Counted from the stretch's first letter, positions 39,097 through 48,647 are shown. The stretch is DNA of 64,000 bases from an uncultured Planctomycetia bacterium (GCA_964634935.1 CAZWJT010000007.1:13808-77807); one strand, 5' to 3'. Notes: generated from the sequence alone by a model not told the origin. Program-made: numbers and translations.

Positions 39097-40387
39097 CACA
39101 GGCTATTCTTTTTACCGCGTGCTTCTTACTACGCTTTTGATCCTTTTTTCTTGTGCCCGTTATTACGATACCATGGTTTCTTCGGTGCTTCCTGCTGAGT
39201 GTGGTGATTTTGCTGCCGTGTACGCTGGCATCAAGAATATGTCGTCCGGCGTGAGCCCTTATTCGGCTTCCGGGGGTACCTTTTATACTGGAAAATCATT
39301 TCTTACTACTACCTATAATTATCTTCCCTTTTACGGAACAATGCTTTGGTTTTTCAATAATTTTGAATATCGGACCGCACGGTATCTTTGGATCTTCTTC
39401 AATCAATTCTTTTTAGGGGTTTTACTCTATCTTTTGTTTCGCCTTTTGCGTGTTTATAAGAAGAATGCCGATTTTTTTGATTTTGCAATACTCTTTGCGC
39501 TGTTGTTTAACTTTCATCCGTTGATAACAGGTCTTACGATGGGGCAGAACCACATTTTGCTTTTGGTGATTTTTTTAAGTATGTTTCTTGCCGCATTGAG
39601 CGGCCGCGATTTTATCGCAGGTATCGTGCTTGCGCTTCTTATTTTGATTAAGATCAATTTTGGTTTTTTTCTTGTTTTTTTCCTGCTTAAGAAGCGCTGG
39701 AAAATTCTCTGGGGAACTTGTGTCGGTTGTGTCCTTGGGGTCATCGGATCATGCCTTTTAGTCAGCCCGCAATTTTATCTTGATTTTTTTAGTGACATGC
39801 TTCGGCGCATCGAACGGAATAAAGTAATTTTTTATGATCCGAATACACAGGCGTTATCGAGTTTTCTGGTGCGGGTCTTTTGGAGCAATGAATATGGAAG
39901 TATTTTTTCATTGCCGTTCTGGTTTGTAAAGCTTCTTGTCACGGTAAGCTGTCTTTGCGTTTGTGGGGTGACATTTTTCTTGGTATCATTGCGCCGGACT
40001 ATTCTCTCGCGCCAAGTAAGAGATTTCCTGGAGTGTTCGTATGTGCTTTTTTGCGTACTACTCGTTTCTCCCTATGCCTGGCGTCATTACTTTTTCTGGC
40101 TTCTTTTTTTGTTTCCGGTTGGATTCTATATTTTTCGGGGTACCGGGAATCCGGATAAAACAACATTCTTGGTGCTTTTTTTTGGTTACTCTTTTGTCGC
40201 CGTCAATCCGTTCTATCTGCTTGTTGATTTCCTAAAAGACATTCTTGGTCCGGAGATGTTTTATTCTTCGGCAATCATGGCAAAGCCTTGGACGCTTCTG
40301 CTTGATTACGGATATTTTTATATTTTAGGGATGCTTTGGCTGTATTTCAGTTTCTTTTTATTCCATGCGCGGGATCGTAACCGATAA
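39074..40387 (+). CDS. GT87/DUF2029-like polyprenol-phosphate-dependent membrane glycosyltransferase
   Basis: Polytopic membrane protein; …LILIKINFGFF… region resembles DUF2029/GT87. Overlaps both neighbours. Confidence 0.5.
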   Translation: MSVERTIDTGYSFYRVLLTTLLILFSCARYYDTMVSSVLPAECGDFAAVYAGIKNMSSGVSPYSASGGTFYTGKSFLTTTYNYLPFYGTMLWFFNNFEYRTARYLWIFFNQFFLGVLLYLLFRLLRVYKKNADFFDFAILFALLFNFHPLITGLTMGQNHILLLVIFLSMFLAALSGRDFIAGIVLALLILIKINFGFFLVFFLLKKRWKILWGTCVGCVLGVIGSCLLVSPQFYLDFFSDMLRRIERNKVIFYDPNTQALSSFLVRVFWSNEYGSIFSLPFWFVKLLVTVSCLCVCGVTFFLVSLRRTILSRQVRDFLECSYVLFCVLLVSPYAWRHYFFWLLFLFPVGFYIFRGTGNPDKTTFLVLFFGYSFVAVNPFYLLVDFLKDILGPEMFYSSAIMAKPWTLLLDYGYFYILGMLWLYFSFFLFHARDRNR

Positions 40388-42125
40388 AGCCCAAATCATT
40401 GTGGTAACCCGATTATTTGTATTTTGGTTTCAGAAGTTACATGAAAGACCAGGATGGTTTGTTGCCGCGTTTCTTTTTATTTTTTTGAGTATCTGCATAA
40501 GTAGTATGCTGCAAACTTCCGCCACTTTTGATGAAACTTTTCATATCACCGAAGGGGTCTACCCGTTTACGAATGCCCAGCTTTCGGTTATCTTTGAGCA
40601 TCCGCCATTAGTGCGCACCTATGCGGCACTTCCCTTGATTTTTTTCCAGAAACAGCTGCAGCTTCAATGGCCGCAGGAAAAACACAGTTATCAGAAATTC
40701 TGTGATGAGTTTGTTTGGGGTGCGAACAAAAAGAATAGCCTTTTGATCATTTTCTTAGGCCGGGTTATGATCGTTTCGCTTGGAGTTTTGCTCGGTTTTT
40801 TTATTTTCAAGTTTGCTGCGCTTCTTTTTGGATCCCAAGCTGGCATTTTTGCGCTTTTTTTATATGTGTTTTGTCCAAATTGTATTGCTCACAGCCGGTT
40901 GATTACTACTGATATCGGAGGAGCCTGTTTTTCATTCATTGCGTTGTATTTTTTCTGGAAATTCTTATTTCGGAGATTCTCAACAAATATTTTTTTATTT
41001 GGCCTTTTTCTCGGGTTTGCCTGTTCAGCAAAATATTCAGCGCTTTTCCTTTATCCTTTTGCTTGCGGAGGGGTTATGTTTTTTACGGCGAGAGGAAGCC
41101 GCAAAAAATATTTTTCCGGACTACTTGGGGCTTTTCTGGTCAGTTTTTTTGTTATCTGGGCAAATTATGGTTTTCAGCTGAAAACGCTTACTACAAAAGC
41201 AGAGAGGCCGCATTTTGCCTTGGACAATCTTCCAATCCCGGAATTCGGAAAAACTCTTGCGTATGGAGTCGTCGAAAACCTGTATTTTCCCTGGGATTTT
41301 TTCAAGGGGATTTACGGTTTATCCAAGCATAACCTTGGAGGGCATCCGAGCTATATCCGAGGAATATACAGCCGGAGCTCGGTTTGGTACTATTATCTCT
41401 ATGCGTTGTTTTTGAAAACTCCCATACCGGTGCTTGTTCTTTTTCTCTGGGTTTTTTGGATTACGGTAAAGCGTTGGCGCGATCAACCAAAGCTTTTTCT
41501 GCTCTATGCGCTGGGTGTTTTTTTCGGAGTATCGTTTTTAAGTAAACAGCATGTTGGTATCCGTCATGTTATTCTGCTCTATCCCATACTGTTTGTTTTT
41601 ATCAGCAGTTTGATCCGGAGTCTGGTCTGTCGCGTGCATTCTTTAAAAATTGCAAAGATCATTGTGCTCATTGTCCTGTGCGGCTGGTATGTTTTTGAAA
41701 GTATGACCCATTGGCCTGATTATTTAAGTTACTTTAATAACGTTATCGGGAAAAGAGAAAATGCCTATCGGCATCTTGTTGATTCCAATCTTGACTGGGG
41801 GCAAGGATTATTCCAGTTAAAAAAATTCATGGACAGGGAAAATATCTCTAGAATAAAGCTTGTTTACTTTGGAACAGCCCGGCCCGAAGCCTATGGTATT
41901 AACTATGAACTTCTTCCTTCGACTTTCGCGCAGCATTTGGTCCGGGTCGGACAGGCATGTCCGGGCGATTTTGGATCTATCCCTGCGCGTGGTATTCTCG
42001 CGGTTAGTGCAACGGATTTAACGGGTGTTTATATCGGCGGCCCCGGAACATATTCCTGGCTTAGAAACTATACTCCTTGGGAACATTTATCCGGCTCGAT
42101 ATTCATCTATAGGATTCCAAATTAA
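40365..42125 (+). CDS. GT-C fold glycosyltransferase, PMT_2/ArnT family (protein O-mannosyltransferase-like)
   Basis: First-loop TFDETFHITEG matches the PMT/ArnT catalytic DE motif; more than 10 TM helices and a C-terminal soluble domain. Confidence 0.65.
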   Translation: MRGIVTDKAQIIVVTRLFVFWFQKLHERPGWFVAAFLFIFLSICISSMLQTSATFDETFHITEGVYPFTNAQLSVIFEHPPLVRTYAALPLIFFQKQLQLQWPQEKHSYQKFCDEFVWGANKKNSLLIIFLGRVMIVSLGVLLGFFIFKFAALLFGSQAGIFALFLYVFCPNCIAHSRLITTDIGGACFSFIALYFFWKFLFRRFSTNIFLFGLFLGFACSAKYSALFLYPFACGGVMFFTARGSRKKYFSGLLGAFLVSFFVIWANYGFQLKTLTTKAERPHFALDNLPIPEFGKTLAYGVVENLYFPWDFFKGIYGLSKHNLGGHPSYIRGIYSRSSVWYYYLYALFLKTPIPVLVLFLWVFWITVKRWRDQPKLFLLYALGVFFGVSFLSKQHVGIRHVILLYPILFVFISSLIRSLVCRVHSLKIAKIIVLIVLCGWYVFESMTHWPDYLSYFNNVIGKRENAYRHLVDSNLDWGQGLFQLKKFMDRENISRIKLVYFGTARPEAYGINYELLPSTFAQHLVRVGQACPGDFGSIPARGILAVSATDLTGVYIGGPGTYSWLRNYTPWEHLSGSIFIYRIPN

Positions 42126-42236
42126 ACTGTAGAGCCCAAAAAATCCTTAAGAGATGTTGATTTCTTAAGGTTGATTTTTGATTGGTAAACCTTGATTATT
42201 CTCCATAGTATGTGGTATACTGAACCGGTGGGTTAG

Positions 42237-43829
42237 ATGAGGCAGTTCATAAAAATAGTATGGTTCTCTATTCTACTCTTAGAGGTATCTTTTGTTTATT
42301 GCGAGAACAGCATCTCTGTTGATTCATACTTTCCTATTCCCGAACAGCAGTATCGAAACCTTAAAGCCGAACAGTTTTCTTCCGTAAATACTGAGGTGCG
42401 GATTGCTTTCCAGAAATATGACCCGTCCGGCCAGCTTGTTTTCCAGGCATCTCGTAATCCGCTCGCTAAGAACGCGACGAATTTTCCCATCGCAGGCTCC
42501 ATACCTTTTACGAGCGACGGCAATGTCTATTCGGCTTTATTCAAGCCGCTTACCATTGCTGATCTTACCCAGCCAAACCAGCCGCTCAATGTGCCATTTG
42601 GTAACAAGGAAATTATTACGAATGCCATCGAGAATGTCGAGTTTCTAAGCGATGGGAGCACGAATCCCGATGGTTCAGTCCGGGGGATTTCGACGTGGCC
42701 GGGGATGGGAACATGCGAAGAGGTAAACGGGCAATTTTATATCGGTATGTACCAGGCAAACTGCGGTGACTCGGCGTACCTTGCTTGGCTCAATGAATCA
42801 TCAGGTTTTTATGTCGCAGCCGGAGTGGGTATGGGCTGGGCAAGTCCTTTGTCAGCGCTTGGTATGGGAGTAGTCGGCATCAAGATGGGCACGATTGATT
42901 ATAAATGCTGCAGGCTTCAGGAGAACCGTCCGATTCCTCAAGGAGAAAATCTTCAGGATTGCCGTCCCTTGGCAAATCAGGTGCAGCAGATTTCCGATCA
43001 GATTAAAGGTTATTACGATGGATACTATGATGCATTTAATGATGCATGGAACCGAGGCTGTTTCCGGACAACAAATCCTCCGGCATTGATCAAAACATAT
43101 ACGCATGGGGCGCGTACCGGGCAGTGGAGAGGGTGTGACCGGTATACTTGGGCGTGTCAAACCCCGCAATGCCAGGGCGCTTGCACAACCTGTAATACGT
43201 GTACCTACACGGAAACCATTACCCATACAGGTCCAGATGCGTCGTGTGGATGTGCAGCGTATAATTCATGTGATTATCCGTGTACGCAGTGGGCTTGGGG
43301 AGAAAATGATTGTGGTAATTGTGGCAATTATTGTTCTCTTTATTGGTGTAACTGGTGTTGGCAGGGGATTTTCTATCTACCGAATTGTGCGGTCTGCGGT
43401 ACGGGTGCTTGCGCACAGTGGTCATGCAACAGCTGTTGGTATTCGTATACAGGAACATGCAATGGTCCGCATTCTTCCTGTGGCTGTGGTACCTATAATT
43501 CCTGTTCGCATAGTCATACTTCAACGGTTACCAATGCGAACTGCACGCAATGCGGGTGTGCGGCGTATTCCCAGGTGTGCTGTCCAAATCCAGGAGAAGG
43601 AAATGTTACCAATGGTTGGAATTGGACGATTACGGATGATGGCTGCGGTGTTGGAAATAAGCCGCAGTGCGAAGCTGATATCGCGATTCTCGACGGAAAT
43701 ACAAGTGGTCTTGACGCTCTGAAACAGGCATATTTTGATGCAAAGCAAGCTCTTTGTAATTGTGCCTGTCAGGGCAGTCCTCAAATGGCGTCTTGCGTTA
43801 ATTCTTGTTTTGAGGGGATGAGGGAATAA
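42237..43829 (+). CDS. Cassette A, type-1: secreted Cys-rich protein (~530 aa), unknown family
   Basis: Signal peptide, then SVDSYFPIPE motif; conserved WPGMGTCE, GVGMGWASPLSA, YKCCRL blocks; C-terminal region packed with CGC / YNSC repeats. Confidence 0.65.
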   Translation: MRQFIKIVWFSILLLEVSFVYCENSISVDSYFPIPEQQYRNLKAEQFSSVNTEVRIAFQKYDPSGQLVFQASRNPLAKNATNFPIAGSIPFTSDGNVYSALFKPLTIADLTQPNQPLNVPFGNKEIITNAIENVEFLSDGSTNPDGSVRGISTWPGMGTCEEVNGQFYIGMYQANCGDSAYLAWLNESSGFYVAAGVGMGWASPLSALGMGVVGIKMGTIDYKCCRLQENRPIPQGENLQDCRPLANQVQQISDQIKGYYDGYYDAFNDAWNRGCFRTTNPPALIKTYTHGARTGQWRGCDRYTWACQTPQCQGACTTCNTCTYTETITHTGPDASCGCAAYNSCDYPCTQWAWGENDCGNCGNYCSLYWCNWCWQGIFYLPNCAVCGTGACAQWSCNSCWYSYTGTCNGPHSSCGCGTYNSCSHSHTSTVTNANCTQCGCAAYSQVCCPNPGEGNVTNGWNWTITDDGCGVGNKPQCEADIAILDGNTSGLDALKQAYFDAKQALCNCACQGSPQMASCVNSCFEGMRE

Positions 43830-43832
43830 AAG

Positions 43833-44801
43833 ATGGGTATACAAAAAAATATTTTTTCTGTTTTTTTCTGCACTCTTGGCATTGTAACTTTTTTCGCATA
43901 TGCACAGGAAGCGCAAACCATTCGGGTAACTACATATTATCCGTCGCCAAATGTAAAAACATTGTCGCTGATTGTTCAGGATATGGAAGTTCGCAAAACC
44001 ACCGAAACGAGCATGGTGCCGCGTTTAGAGATCCCTGTAGGTGGTGTTTTTTATGTCGACAGCCCGGTTGCAGGGAGTGCTTTTCGTATTGATAGCGCTG
44101 GGGTTTCTTTCTCCGAGAATGCTTATGTTCATGAGACGATAGGATACCAGTGTGTTCGAAGCAATAATAACAGGGTTTGCAGCGGTAATGTTACCACGGG
44201 AAATTTAACGCCGCGGTCTTTTAATGGGAATGCTTCATATCTTCGTTTGAATGGTATCGCGTTGCATTCAATGCCGGTATTGGTTTTAAATGAAGAGGGG
44301 AATACCAGAATTCATAATGATTACCAGGGGATGCAGAACGCAACAAATACTTTGACCAATACCTATCCGCTTGCGCAGGATGCCTGTGCTATGTGCGAGA
44401 TGTGCGAACAGAAAGAAACGACGGCTTTAAAGAATGCGTGTTATACAGCGGAAAACTGCAATGCAGGATACATCAATGCCGACAGGAATTTTGATCTCGC
44501 GGCATGTTTAAATACGGCAAAAACCATTGCCACAAATACCCTTGGAACGCTTACCTATACCAACGCGCAAGGTCGTTTTTCGAATAAAAAAGGTATTTTC
44601 CGGATGACGAAGACTGGCGAGTATGCCTTTGGCGGTGGAGTAGGCGTGGGCATTGGCGGGCACTTTGGAGCTGGGGTGGGAGCTCTTTTCGGCACAAATA
44701 CAAAACCTGCTCCAGGCTGGCTTGGTTTTATTCCGACAGGTGATCCGGCAAAAAGTTTTGGTTATAAAACATTTCAGTATCAAACAAAGGATCCGCAGTG
44801 A
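43833..44801 (+). CDS. Cassette A, type-2: secreted protein (~320 aa), Gly-rich C-terminus, unknown family
   Basis: Signal peptide, RVTTYYPSPN motif, CAMCEMCE block, GGGVGVGIGGHFGAGVGALFG and YKTFQY near the C-terminus. Confidence 0.65.
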   Translation: MGIQKNIFSVFFCTLGIVTFFAYAQEAQTIRVTTYYPSPNVKTLSLIVQDMEVRKTTETSMVPRLEIPVGGVFYVDSPVAGSAFRIDSAGVSFSENAYVHETIGYQCVRSNNNRVCSGNVTTGNLTPRSFNGNASYLRLNGIALHSMPVLVLNEEGNTRIHNDYQGMQNATNTLTNTYPLAQDACAMCEMCEQKETTALKNACYTAENCNAGYINADRNFDLAACLNTAKTIATNTLGTLTYTNAQGRFSNKKGIFRMTKTGEYAFGGGVGVGIGGHFGAGVGALFGTNTKPAPGWLGFIPTGDPAKSFGYKTFQYQTKDPQ

Positions 44802-45421
44802 GAGTAAGTTTAGTGTCAAAAATTTTGTTTTTCATAGTATGCTGCATAGTGAGCGCGGTTCATCCGTGCGGGATGGTTTTGGCGAATGACGAAACAGTCA
44901 ATATTTCGACTTTTTATCCTTCTCCCAAAGGGATTTATGACCGTATCGATGTGGTGAATGCCGGTGGAATTTCTGGAAGCGCTCTTATTGGTAATACCCT
45001 GAAGATGATTAATACCGACCCAGCGGGAACCGTGGTTGATGGTCCGGGAACAGATATTGATAAGGATGGTAATATTAAGTCCAAGGCTTTTGCTTTTTTG
45101 GGGCAGAAATACTATACGCCGACTCTCAGGGCTCGCTCTTTAACCGTGACCCAGAATTCTCAGTGGCGGATTCCATCTTGGCAGGTGGAAGTGGGCGCAT
45201 TAGATTGGGGAGTTGTTCTTGCGAGCTTAGCCTTTAGCATCGATCAGACTGCAGAGTGTCCAAATGGCCTGGTGAATTCGATTACTAATTTAAGTGGTAT
45301 CTCACCCTTTTGTTTGGGAGTACCTGTGTCATTAAGCCCGCCGGTAGCAATAGTGCTGTGCGTGGGCCAGGAAAAGTTTATTCTTGGGTATAGCTGTTTG
45401 AATTTATATGCTCAAAATTAA
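44798..45421 (+). CDS. Cassette A, type-3: secreted protein (~205 aa), unknown family
   Basis: GTGA overlap with the previous gene; signal peptide, ISTFYPSPKGIYD motif, GQKYYTPTLR, LSGISPFCLGVP blocks. Confidence 0.6.
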   Translation: MRVSLVSKILFFIVCCIVSAVHPCGMVLANDETVNISTFYPSPKGIYDRIDVVNAGGISGSALIGNTLKMINTDPAGTVVDGPGTDIDKDGNIKSKAFAFLGQKYYTPTLRARSLTVTQNSQWRIPSWQVEVGALDWGVVLASLAFSIDQTAECPNGLVNSITNLSGISPFCLGVPVSLSPPVAIVLCVGQEKFILGYSCLNLYAQN

Positions 45422-45464
45422 GAAAAAAATCACAAGCAGGAAAAATCTGATATAATATAACCAT

Positions 45465-47030
45465 ATGCGGAGCAAGATAACCAGTGTGATTCTCCGAATC
45501 TATCAAAGAGGGGGTATACTTGGTTTTGTTTGTTTGATGCTTTTCTGTTCTTTGTCTTCCGCAAGCACCCTCACCGTCGATACATATTTTCCAGCTCCAG
45601 AAGTACGTTATCGTAAAGTTTTAGCCCAAGAGGTAGTTTCTAAACGCACTGAAATTGATGGTCGTCTTATCAAATATGATGAATTAGATGGAACAAAGAT
45701 TGTTCTTGAGATCGCAACAACCCCTCTGACGAAAGCCGCTTTTTCTGCGGAAGCAAAAACATTCACCAGCGATTCTGATATTGTCGTATCTCTTTTTAAA
45801 CCGCTTACCGTGCCCGCTTCTTCGCTCAATAATGCCAAGATTTATGTAAACGCAGTTGAAGATTTGATTTCTTTTAGCGATGGAGCAAACCGTATTGGAA
45901 TATGGCCCGGCCTTGGGTCCTGTGAACGGCAAAGTTTTCTTTTTCTTGGTTATTACACCGTTGATTGCGGAGATGGCGCGTATCTCGCCTATATTCAAGA
46001 GAGTTCAGGTATTTATTTTGCTATCGGCGGAGGTATGGGTTGGGCGAGTCCTCTTTCAGCGATAGGAACTGGATTCGGCATAAAATCCGGAAGCGTTGAT
46101 TATATCTGTTGCCGGTTGGATCAAAATGCGGTTATTCCTATTGGAAGCGGTAATATGAGTTGCGGAGTAGAAGAGACTGAGGTAAAAGACGCAAAGACCA
46201 GAGTAGATATAAAGCAGCAAGAATATAATGCGGCTTTTGATGCGGCAAAAGCCGCTGGCTGTTTTCGAGAGATGGGAGTAGGCGGTACAAAATACCATAC
46301 AAATTGGCCCGCTCCTGGAGTTGATGTTTCTTATGAGAAGACCTGGTTAGACGGCACAAACGTGGAACAGGAGTTTGGCAGATGGCTTGGTTGCAGTATG
46401 TATACCTGGGAATGCCGCGCACCAGCTGATGCGATATGTAACGGTAGTTGCAACACGTATTGTACATGTCAGAATTCTGCTTGTGGCTGTTGTGCTTCGG
46501 TGTGTACAGCGTATTGCGCTTGTTCAAGCTGTGGCTGTTGTTCTTCCACATGTACTTCGTATTGTTCTTGTGCTACTGCTGCTTGCGGCTGCGCGACTAA
46601 AGACCCAAAAACAGGAGCATGCACATCGTATAACACATGTCAGAATTCTGCTTGTGGCTGTTGTGCTTCGGTGTGTACTGGGTATTGCGCTTGTTCAAGC
46701 TGTGGCTGCTGTGCTACTGCCTGCACTTCGTATTGTTCCTGCGCTACTTCTGCTTGTGGCTGTTGTGTCTATAACAAAGTTTGCTGTGCTAATCCTGGAG
46801 AAGGGGTTGGAGGAAGCGGTTGGCGGTGGTACGAAGACCAGAACGGCGCATGTAACCGCGCTAACTGCAATAGCTTGATTTCTACTCTTTCTTCTGCAGG
46901 GCAGGCTTTGCGAGATGAAAAGGCAAACTACGAAAATAAGAAACGTTCTTATTGTACTTGTGTTTGTAACGCGCTGGGCAACCCCGGCGAACCGTGCATC
47001 AGTACTTGTATGGTGAGCAATCAGTTATAG
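45465..47030 (+). CDS. Cassette B, type-1: secreted Cys-rich protein (521 aa) with internal 57-aa tandem repeat
   Basis: Signal peptide, TVDTYFPAPE motif, WPGLGSCE, GGGMGWASPLSA, YICCRL. Two CGCC-rich 57-aa repeats; VCCANPGEG near the C-terminus as in A1. Confidence 0.65.
   Translation: MRSKITSVILRIYQRGGILGFVCLMLFCSLSSASTLTVDTYFPAPEVRYRKVLAQEVVSKRTEIDGRLIKYDELDGTKIVLEIATTPLTKAAFSAEAKTFTSDSDIVVSLFKPLTVPASSLNNAKIYVNAVEDLISFSDGANRIGIWPGLGSCERQSFLFLGYYTVDCGDGAYLAYIQESSGIYFAIGGGMGWASPLSAIGTGFGIKSGSVDYICCRLDQNAVIPIGSGNMSCGVEETEVKDAKTRVDIKQQEYNAAFDAAKAAGCFREMGVGGTKYHTNWPAPGVDVSYEKTWLDGTNVEQEFGRWLGCSMYTWECRAPADAICNGSCNTYCTCQNSACGCCASVCTAYCACSSCGCCSSTCTSYCSCATAACGCATKDPKTGACTSYNTCQNSACGCCASVCTGYCACSSCGCCATACTSYCSCATSACGCCVYNKVCCANPGEGVGGSGWRWYEDQNGACNRANCNSLISTLSSAGQALRDEKANYENKKRSYCTCVCNALGNPGEPCISTCMVSNQL
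46455..46796 (+). repeat. In-frame tandem direct repeat, 171-bp period, two copies at about 90% identity
   Basis: TGTCAGAATTCTGCTTGTGGCTGTTGTGCTTCGGTGTGTAC… recurs at 46467 and 46638; it encodes the Cys-rich TCQNSACGCCASVCT.YCACSSCGCC… units of protein B1. Confidence 0.85.
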
Positions 47031-47033
47031 CGT

Positions 47034-47933
47034 ATGAAAAAAGAATATTTGCGCTTTATTGTTCTTTTCTGGTGGTGCATTTTTTTCTCTGGTTACGCTT
47101 TTTCTCAAAACCAAGAGATAAGGATGAGCACGTACTATCCTACGCCTAATCTTGATGCAAACCAGTTTTTTGTTGATGAAGTTGATATCGAGAAAACAAC
47201 TCCAAAGACAACCCCGCCTTCATTTCGCATTGAGCAGGGCGGAGAGTTATTTGTAGGTACGGATAACGCAAACCGGATTCTTACGATCAATAATGCCGGA
47301 GTTTCCGCAAACGGAAATTCCTATGTTGAAGAAACCATAAGCTATGAGTGTGATCTTGCAACCGGCATATGTTCCGGAAGTTTAGCAACAAAAGATATGG
47401 AGCCGCGAGCCTATGGCGGCCAGTCTCCTTACATACGGTTAAGCGGTATTGCGCTCTATAGTATGCCGAGGTTGGTTGAAGTCGCGAATGATTGGACCTC
47501 AATGACCGACGGGGGAATTTTGAATGCGGTCAATGATGCGAATAATTACCTGCGCAATGTTTATCCAACAACCCGGCAAGGTTGTTTTACCTGCGAAGCC
47601 TGTGAATTGGAGAGTGATCCAGTAGCCTGTTTTACGGCGCATGGGTGCGGGTATGTGGCAGGGGAAGCTTTTGATTTAACGTTGTGCCTTACCGACACAT
47701 CCAATTTGGCAGGAGGTCATTTTGACGCAATGCTTGAAGATCCCGCGGCAAATCCCGGATATTCGCGGGAACGAGGCGTGCATGGGTTGACTAAGAATGG
47801 CGAATGGGCTGCTGGGATTGGTATTGGCGGTGTTTTAGGCGGGCATTTTGGCATTGGAGGCGCTATTCTTTTCGGTGGTGGAACACCGATGAATCGAAGC
47901 TATAACACCTTTGAATATAATTATAAAGAATAA
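47034..47933 (+). CDS. Cassette B, type-2: secreted protein (299 aa), Gly-rich C-terminus
   Basis: Signal peptide, RMSTYYPTPN motif, CFTCEACE block, GIGIGGVLGGHFGIGGAILFGGG and YNTFEY. Confidence 0.65.
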   Translation: MKKEYLRFIVLFWWCIFFSGYAFSQNQEIRMSTYYPTPNLDANQFFVDEVDIEKTTPKTTPPSFRIEQGGELFVGTDNANRILTINNAGVSANGNSYVEETISYECDLATGICSGSLATKDMEPRAYGGQSPYIRLSGIALYSMPRLVEVANDWTSMTDGGILNAVNDANNYLRNVYPTTRQGCFTCEACELESDPVACFTAHGCGYVAGEAFDLTLCLTDTSNLAGGHFDAMLEDPAANPGYSRERGVHGLTKNGEWAAGIGIGGVLGGHFGIGGAILFGGGTPMNRSYNTFEYNYKE

Positions 47934-47934
47934 G

Positions 47935-48633
47935 ATGAAATCGCCATTGAATCAAAAGATGCTCTTTCGGGTGCTTGCGCTTTTGGCATTCCTTTCTATG
48001 GCCCATACTAGTTCTTTTTCTCAAGGAACTGATGAGGAAGTCATCATTTCGCCCTTTTACCCGTCACCGAAGGGAATTTATGATAATCTGGAAGTCGTCA
48101 CTGATTTAATATTGGATCCTGGCCAAGACGGACGGGTTGGCGAAGGGGTATTGAAAATTGCCGGAGGAGCGCCTACTCCGTCAGGACAAGGATTAAACGC
48201 TCCAGGGATTTTGATGACAACCCCTACTTTTCCGGGAGAAAAGATAACCAGGATTAAAGAAGATGGTTCTCTGCGCGCCTCAGGTTTCCAATTTATTGGC
48301 GATAAATACTATACGAAAACATTAAGAGCCGGAGAGCTTGTGCTTACTGACAGCACGGGGGCATGGAAAGTTCCTACGCTCCAGATTGATAACGCTGAAT
48401 GGCTTGGAGGCTGGAGTGATCCCCGGTGGGGTGTCGGGTTTGGAAGTTCTACGAGTTTTGATTGTAACGACGGAGGTAATTTAGGATTTATCGGAGGCGT
48501 CCAAAACCTCAGCGGAATTATGCCGTGGTGTATCGGTATTCCTATTCCTCCAGATTTTTGTATAGCTGTTCTTTTGTGCGCGGGAGAAGAGCAGTTTATT
48601 ATGAGCTATAAATGCATTCGTCCTCAGTATTAA
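47935..48633 (+). CDS. Cassette B, type-3: secreted protein (~232 aa)
   Basis: Start set at ATG 47935, just after the B2 stop. Signal peptide, ISPFYPSPKGIYD motif, GDKYYTKTLR, LSGIMPWCIGIP. Confidence 0.6.
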   Translation: MKSPLNQKMLFRVLALLAFLSMAHTSSFSQGTDEEVIISPFYPSPKGIYDNLEVVTDLILDPGQDGRVGEGVLKIAGGAPTPSGQGLNAPGILMTTPTFPGEKITRIKEDGSLRASGFQFIGDKYYTKTLRAGELVLTDSTGAWKVPTLQIDNAEWLGGWSDPRWGVGFGSSTSFDCNDGGNLGFIGGVQNLSGIMPWCIGIPIPPDFCIAVLLCAGEEQFIMSYKCIRPQY

Positions 48634-48647
48634 AAAAGGAGAAAGAC

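Noticed and set aside
42852-43916. Several 100-200-aa ORFs on other frames and strands within cassette gene A1 (e.g. 43105..43722 +, 43219..43524 -, 43521..43916 -)
   Set aside because: These are artefacts of the periodic Cys-codon-rich repeat sequence; the signal-peptide-bearing frame is the real gene.
46455-46796. Possible CRISPR array
   Set aside because: There are only two copies, 171 bp long, in frame inside a CDS and coding for a protein repeat. No spacer/repeat architecture and no cas genes.
46375-46878. 167-aa plus-strand alternate-frame ORF and minus-strand ORFs over the 171-bp repeat in B1
   Set aside because: The same repeat-driven shadow ORFs; the translation is low-complexity (LLVAVVL…).
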